64,000 nucleotides of DNA from an uncultured Spirochaetota bacterium (lineage in GTDB: Bacteria > Spirochaetota > Spirochaetia > SZUA-6 > CAVTHK01), in assembly GCA_963734495.1 (NCBI GenBank), contig CAVTHK010000002.1, forward strand, positions 1 to 64,000, written 5' to 3'. The notes under the pieces were generated by a model. The model had not been told where the DNA came from and made no database searches. It saw only the letters and a list, made by a program, of their open reading frames with translations. Below are positions 63,982 to 64,000 of the stretch, piece after piece; within the stretch, counting starts at the first letter, position 1; every line of letters starts with the position of its first letter. The position numbers and the translations under genes were made by a program.

Positions 63982-64000
63982 GGTGCGCCCGCCCGCGCCC

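Overview
A very GC-rich bacterial chromosomal window with about 51 protein-coding genes, dominated by carbohydrate uptake and catabolism. The solute-binding proteins have Cys-less signal peptides ending FAGG/FATGQ/FASGG/WAAGGQ, a style I associate with Spirochaetia (inference). Layout: (1) 116-17540, an Opp-type ABC cassette followed by paired GH35-like enzymes, paired GH4 enzymes, a GH42, a DapA-like aldolase, two enolase-superfamily enzymes (one Gci-like), eda and kdgK. (2) 17813-27074, two carbohydrate ABC cassettes, one ending in an ADP-ribosylglycohydrolase (ARH)-family gene, with a divergent FGGY kinase. (3) 27079-47781, mixed housekeeping: hybrid histidine kinase, HtrA-like protease, MFS, Hsp20 with a candidate sigma54 promoter, a second ARH, DtxR/MntR with an operator, FAH, methyltransferase, hydrolases, NYN-LOTUS, ROK-ppx-ppk1, FAD oxidoreductase and DinB. 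(4) 47893-63981, a GntR divergon: ABC + QueG-like Fe-S enzyme + third ARH on one side, RraA-like aldolase + Opp ABC + DUF4038-type hydrolase on the other; a repeated GTTATAACA motif marks the three leftward promoters. Roughly 40 reading-frame breaks look like long-read indel errors, so many CDS coordinates are reconstructed across frames. I saw no rRNA, tRNA, CRISPR array or mobile element. The best candidate for an undescribed system is the ABC/QueG-like/ARH catabolic operon and the recurrent use of ARH-fold proteins as sugar-scavenging hydrolases. All product calls come from motif recognition by eye, not database searches.
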